From an uncultured Spirochaetota bacterium (lineage in GTDB: Bacteria; Spirochaetota; Spirochaetia; SZUA-6; Fen-1364): DNA of 64,000 nucleotides. The notes beneath the pieces are model-generated. The model ran no database searches and had not been told where the DNA came from. It saw only the letters and a list, made by a program, of their open reading frames with translations. Positions 60,152-64,000 of this stretch are shown here, one piece after another (within the stretch, counting starts at the first letter, position 1; the number at the start of each line of letters is the position of its first letter). A program made the translations under genes and the position numbers. The stretch lies in NCBI GenBank assembly GCA_963820525.1, contig CAWGAA010000001.1, forward strand, positions 1,696,001-1,760,000, written 5' to 3'.

Positions 60152-61006
60152 TCAGCCGATGTCTGCCTGCCGGGCGCGTTCCTTCATCAACCTGCTGAAA
60201 GTGACGCGGGGTACCGGCTCCCGCGGCCGGGCCTTGAGGGTGATCTTCTCTCCCGTGGCGGGATTGACTCCCACGCGCGCCTTCTGCGCGGGACGCATGC
60301 GCAGGAACAGCCTGCCCAGCTTGCCCAGGGGAACCCGCTGGCCCAGGAGCATCCCCGACTCGATCATCGTAAGATAGTCGTCGACGATCCGCCTGGTCTG
60401 CTTCTGGCTCAAGCCGTTCTTCCGCGCGAGGTAGGTGATGATGGTTTTCATGGTGAACTGGTCCGGCACTTCCTGTCCGGCCGGAACCACCGTGCGGTTG
60501 ATCTTCAAGAACCCATTGGTGAGGTAGATGGTGGCTTCCCGGATCCGTTTCTCCTGCTCTTCCGGCGGCACGTCGGGAGCGCAGGCGGCGATCTTCAGGA
60601 GAGCGGAGGTATTCTGGAGCTGTCCCCCACGGAAGGCCGCCTCCTGATCCTGGACGGCATCCGCCTCGAGCTCCGCGCTCTCCATCACGATCAGGTGCGG
60701 CACATCGGTTCGAAGCTGGATGCTTGCGTACTCGACCCGCCGCCCCCCCTTCTCCAGGGGCCCCAGGCTGACGAGGGATCCGGAATAGGTCAGCATCAGC
60801 GCACCCCTCTTGTCGGCGGCATCGAATGACTCCAGCTCCACCATGTCCAGGGCGCGGATCTGGCCTTCGAACATCTGCTTCTTCTCGAACCAGACCCGAG
60901 CCATGTCCTCCAGGGTCTGCGGCGTGTCGGGAAGCCCCGAGCTCTTGATCAGGCCGGCCAGATGGGAGCGGATCGTCTCGTTCAGCTTTCCAGCGTAATC
61001 TGACAT
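60152..61006 (-). CDS. Unrecognised ~170-aa domain fused to a C-terminal HU/IHF-family DNA-binding domain
   Basis: C-terminal LARKNGLSQKQ...V.LGKLG......RPA..AR.GVNPATGE.I...A.P....P...F; ATG 61006 after AGGAGGT. Confidence 0.85.
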   Translation of the reverse strand: MSDYAGKLNETIRSHLAGLIKSSGLPDTPQTLEDMARVWFEKKQMFEGQIRALDMVELESFDAADKRGALMLTYSGSLVSLGPLEKGGRRVEYASIQLRTDVPHLIVMESAELEADAVQDQEAAFRGGQLQNTSALLKIAACAPDVPPEEQEKRIREATIYLTNGFLKINRTVVPAGQEVPDQFTMKTIITYLARKNGLSQKQTRRIVDDYLTMIESGMLLGQRVPLGKLGRLFLRMRPAQKARVGVNPATGEKITLKARPREPVPRVTFSRLMKERARQADIG

Positions 61007-61144
61007 TCCCACCTCCTTTTCTTCCATGGTAATACGAATTGACTCGGCCCGCAATTGAATGATTCGACGGTGTTGGGTATATTGCTTTGCGCGGGCTATA
61101 TTATATGTCGGTGTACGTTTTTCCATGCAACGAAGGAGGACAAA

Positions 61145-61675
61145 ATGGGAGAGCACTTGGATCAAATTCCGGCGCAAATCCAGAGCCACATCCGTCAGAT
61201 CACCAAGACATCCGGCCTGCCGGACACAGAGGATTCGGTTGAAATGATCGCCCAGGGCTGGCTCGAAAAAAAGGGCCTGTTCGAGAAGCAGGTGGCCGGC
61301 ATGAGCCTTGAGCAGATCGACATCCTCGAGAAGACCGACCAGCGCGGCTGCCTCGCAATGACATATTCCGGCTCCCTCCTGAACATCGGCCCCATGCGCG
61401 AGAATGGAAGGACCGTCCAGTACGTGAGCATCGGCTTGCGGCAGGACGTGCCCGAAACCGCCAACAAGGAAGGATCGGCCCTCGGCCAGGACGTGCGCGT
61501 CGGCGCGCCCGTTTCCTTCTCCACGGGTCCCATTCAGAGCTCTTCCCCCGTATTCGCCATCGCGGTCACGAGCGAGGACCTGGACCTGGAGGAGCAGGAG
61601 CGCCAGATTTCCAAGGCCACCCAGATCCTGACCCGCGAGTTCGTGGAGGTCAACAAAGAGCTGGACGCCGAGTAA
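61145..61675 (+). CDS. Stand-alone paralogue of the N-terminal domain of the HU fusion
   Basis: Shares SGLPDT, WxEKK..FE.Q, TYSGSL..xGP, YxSIxLRxDVP, EEQE..I..AT..LT..F..xN; RBS AGGAGG. Confidence 0.85.
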   Translation: MGEHLDQIPAQIQSHIRQITKTSGLPDTEDSVEMIAQGWLEKKGLFEKQVAGMSLEQIDILEKTDQRGCLAMTYSGSLLNIGPMRENGRTVQYVSIGLRQDVPETANKEGSALGQDVRVGAPVSFSTGPIQSSSPVFAIAVTSEDLDLEEQERQISKATQILTREFVEVNKELDAE

Positions 61676-62698
61676 GTGACGCTCGAAGAGAGGCTGTGGG
61701 AGATCTTCCGCCGTGAAGGTCCTCCCGAAACGGAACCCTATCAGGAGTCCCTGCTGGAAACATTGGAGGTCATGGCCGCCGAACCGGGCAGCGTGCGGCC
61801 GCCCGACTCCAACGGCATTCCCGGCGGGCTGGTGATGCTTGCCCGCGACCTTCCCACGATCATCGTGCCCGACCTCCATGCGCGGATGGATTTCTTCCTG
61901 AGCGTGATGGGCTACGAGGCGGAGCCGGGCAGGAAAGCCCTCGAGCTCATGGACGCCGGACTCCTCCAGATCGTGTGCCTGGGAGACGGCGTCCACGCGG
62001 AGGGGCGCGCCGCGCGGCGCTGGAAGGCGGCCCTGCAGGAGTTCCAGGACGGTTTCGAGCGCCACCAGAGCATGGACGAGGAGATGCGGGAGAGCCTGGG
62101 AGTGATGGGCATGGTGATGGAAGTGAAGAGAGCCTGTCCAACGCGCTTTCATTTCCTCAAGGGCAACCACGAGAACATCTCCAATGAGATGGGCGGCGGC
62201 AACTTCCCCTTCCGCAAGTTCGCCCTGGAAGGCCTGATGGTCCTGACCTACATGCGCCAGTTCTACGGCGATGAGCTGTTGGGCGCATACTCGCGCTTCG
62301 AGAAGGATCTGCCGCTCCTCGCTTCCGGGCGGGGATTCCTCATCTCGCATGCCGAGCCGGCGGCCTTCTTTCCCCGCTCCCAGCTCATCGACTACCGCTC
62401 ATACCCCGATGTGGTTTCCGGGCTGACATGGACGGACAACGACGAAGCGGACGAGGGAAGCGTGCAGCAGATGCTGGACCACTACCTGGGCCCCCAGGAG
62501 GGGGAGAGAGGCTTCTACTTCGCCGGGCACCGTCCCGCTGCGGGGGGATACCGGCTGCGGGCCGACGGCAGATTCGTGCAGATCCACGACCCGGATCGCT
62601 TCGTCATCGCCCACCTTCCGGCGTCGGGGGATATCGACCTCGGCCGGGATATCAGGGAGATCGACGATACGTCCGTCATGGCGGAGGAGTATGGATAA
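61676..62698 (+). CDS. Calcineurin-like metallophosphoesterase (PPP-like)
   Basis: DLH, GDGVH, GNHE, SHA and GH metal-ligand motifs in order; GTG immediately after the previous TAA. Confidence 0.85.
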   Translation: MTLEERLWEIFRREGPPETEPYQESLLETLEVMAAEPGSVRPPDSNGIPGGLVMLARDLPTIIVPDLHARMDFFLSVMGYEAEPGRKALELMDAGLLQIVCLGDGVHAEGRAARRWKAALQEFQDGFERHQSMDEEMRESLGVMGMVMEVKRACPTRFHFLKGNHENISNEMGGGNFPFRKFALEGLMVLTYMRQFYGDELLGAYSRFEKDLPLLASGRGFLISHAEPAAFFPRSQLIDYRSYPDVVSGLTWTDNDEADEGSVQQMLDHYLGPQEGERGFYFAGHRPAAGGYRLRADGRFVQIHDPDRFVIAHLPASGDIDLGRDIREIDDTSVMAEEYG

Positions 62699-64000
62699 CA
62701 GACAGACCAAGAAGATCGGCAAGTACGAGCTCATCGCAAAAGTAGCCCAGGGAGGGATGGGCGCCCTGTACAAGGCGAAGCATCCCACCCTGGGCAGGGT
62801 CGTGCTCTTGAAGAAGCTCGCCCTGCGGGGAGGCAGCCAGTTCGTGGAGCGCTTCAAGAGGGAAGCCCGCATCATGATGGATTTCAAGAACGATCACATC
62901 GTCCAGGTCTACGACCACTTCAAGGAAGGCCTCCACTACTTCATCGTGGAAGAGTACGTGGACGGCATCTCGTTGGACGCGCTGATCAGGAAGGAGCGCT
63001 ACCTCACGAACGAGGCGGCCATGCTGATCCTCTACGAGGTATGCAAGGCCCTGAAGTACGCCCATGACAAGCAGGTGATCCACCGCGACATAAAGCCGGG
63101 CAACATCCTCATCTCCAAGGAAGGGGAGGTGAAGCTGGTGGACTTCGGGATCGCCACCTCCCTGGAAGAAACGGACGACGGTCTGACGCGCGACGGAATG
63201 ATGCTGGGCACTCCCGCCTACGTCCCGCCCGAGCAGATCGACAACGCCAAGAACGTGGACAGGCGCGCTGACATCTACTCCCTCGGAGTGGTGATCTACG
63301 AGATGCTCACGGGCAAGACCCCGTTCCCCGGTTCCTTCACGGCGGAGACGATCAACCTGATCCACAAGGGCAGGTACGTGCCGCCGCAGCGCCTCAATCG
63401 CAAGATCGCCCCCCTCATGGCCCGCATCGTGCGCAAGTGCATGCGGGTAAGGCCGAAACGGCGCTTCCAGGACCTGCATGAGATCATCCGGCTGCTGGAA
63501 AAGCGCATCAAGCGCAAGGATCCCGTCTCCATCAAGCACGCCATAAGAAACGTGCTCGCTGATAAAGACATCAGGGACATCTTCAAGAGGAGGAGCTCCT
63601 GGCCGGGGCGCATCATTGCCGCCGTTGTCCTTCTGGCGGCCCTTGCAGCGGGCGGCTACTACCTGTACCAGCAGGGCGCCGTCTTCGAGTACCTTGCCCC
63701 GGATCGCTACGGCGCGCTTATCATCTCCGCCCAGGTTGCCTCCTCCTACAAGGACCCCGGGGAGATCTACTTCAAGCCGGTGCTCTACAGGGAGAACGGA
63801 AACGACATCACGCGCCTGGACGGAATAGATTTCGGCCTGCACGAAAACACGGCCAAGCGCGCGGGCCAGAGCTTCGTCCTGGAAACCAGGCGCATCTACC
63901 TCGAGGCGGGAAGGTACAGGCTGAAAGTCGGCCTGGAAGGCCAGCTGTACTGGAGCTCGTTCACCCTGTCCCCGCGCCTGGTTCAGAGGCAGCTCCTGGC
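62691..64000 (+). CDS. Membrane-anchored Hanks-type Ser/Thr protein kinase (runs off window end; not in the ORF track)
   Basis: Hand translation: GKYEL...AQGGMG.LYKA, LLKK, RFKRE, HRDIKPGN, DFG, GTPAY.PPEQ, DIYSLG; TM IIAAVVLLAALAAGGYYLY near 63610; start overlaps the phosphoesterase stop. Confidence 0.95.
   Translation, partial: MDNRQTKKIGKYELIAKVAQGGMGALYKAKHPTLGRVVLLKKLALRGGSQFVERFKREARIMMDFKNDHIVQVYDHFKEGLHYFIVEEYVDGISLDALIRKERYLTNEAAMLILYEVCKALKYAHDKQVIHRDIKPGNILISKEGEVKLVDFGIATSLEETDDGLTRDGMMLGTPAYVPPEQIDNAKNVDRRADIYSLGVVIYEMLTGKTPFPGSFTAETINLIHKGRYVPPQRLNRKIAPLMARIVRKCMRVRPKRRFQDLHEIIRLLEKRIKRKDPVSIKHAIRNVLADKDIRDIFKRRSSWPGRIIAAVVLLAALAAGGYYLYQQGAVFEYLAPDRYGALIISAQVASSYKDPGEIYFKPVLYRENGNDITRLDGIDFGLHENTAKRAGQSFVLETRRIYLEAGRYRLKVGLEGQLYWSSFTLSPRLVQRQLL

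Noticed and set aside
61007..62350. 732-aa version of the HU-fusion ORF
   Set aside because: The extension is the antisense shadow of two real plus-strand genes; a strong RBS and paralogue alignment place the start at 61006.

Overview
GC-rich bacterial DNA, about 55 genes or gene remnants. The host is inferred to be an anaerobic free-living spirochaete (Spirochaetia-like), from the FlgD-Ig-repeat OmpA lipoprotein, the cadherin-like lipoprotein and the NuoEF/HydBC-type flavoproteins; this is not proven. 0-30 kb: heavy-metal homeostasis (csoR-copA; a BaeSR/OmpR-type two-component system with copZ, an HMA-DsbD-cupredoxin protein and DUF2318; an ArsR/SmtB-cadA operon that runs on into mnmA, a cysteine desulfurase and a frameshifted nadA), GH2 and GH43 glycosidases, a MarR unit and an uncharacterised LuxR/Omp85/TPR/DsbD/polyferredoxin/DOMON operon. 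30-50 kb: signalling genes in a heavily decayed zone, with a split IS91-family transposase relic around two cargo genes, truncated acylase, Lnt and cyclase remnants, a nonsense-interrupted CsgG-like gene, and a Methyltransf_19-type methyltransferase coupled to a hybrid kinase. 50-64 kb holds the two best candidates for undescribed systems. (1) An NrpR-like regulator with tandem GGC(A/T)-N6-TGCC boxes precedes an H-cluster-less HydABC/Bfu-like module joined to a stand-alone FMN glutamate-synthase subunit. (2) A divergent pair of paralogues of an unrecognised ~170-aa domain, one fused to HU, the other co-transcribed with a metallophosphoesterase and a membrane Ser/Thr kinase that runs off the window end. 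No rRNA, tRNA or CRISPR array was recognised. All family calls are from motif recognition by eye, not database searches.
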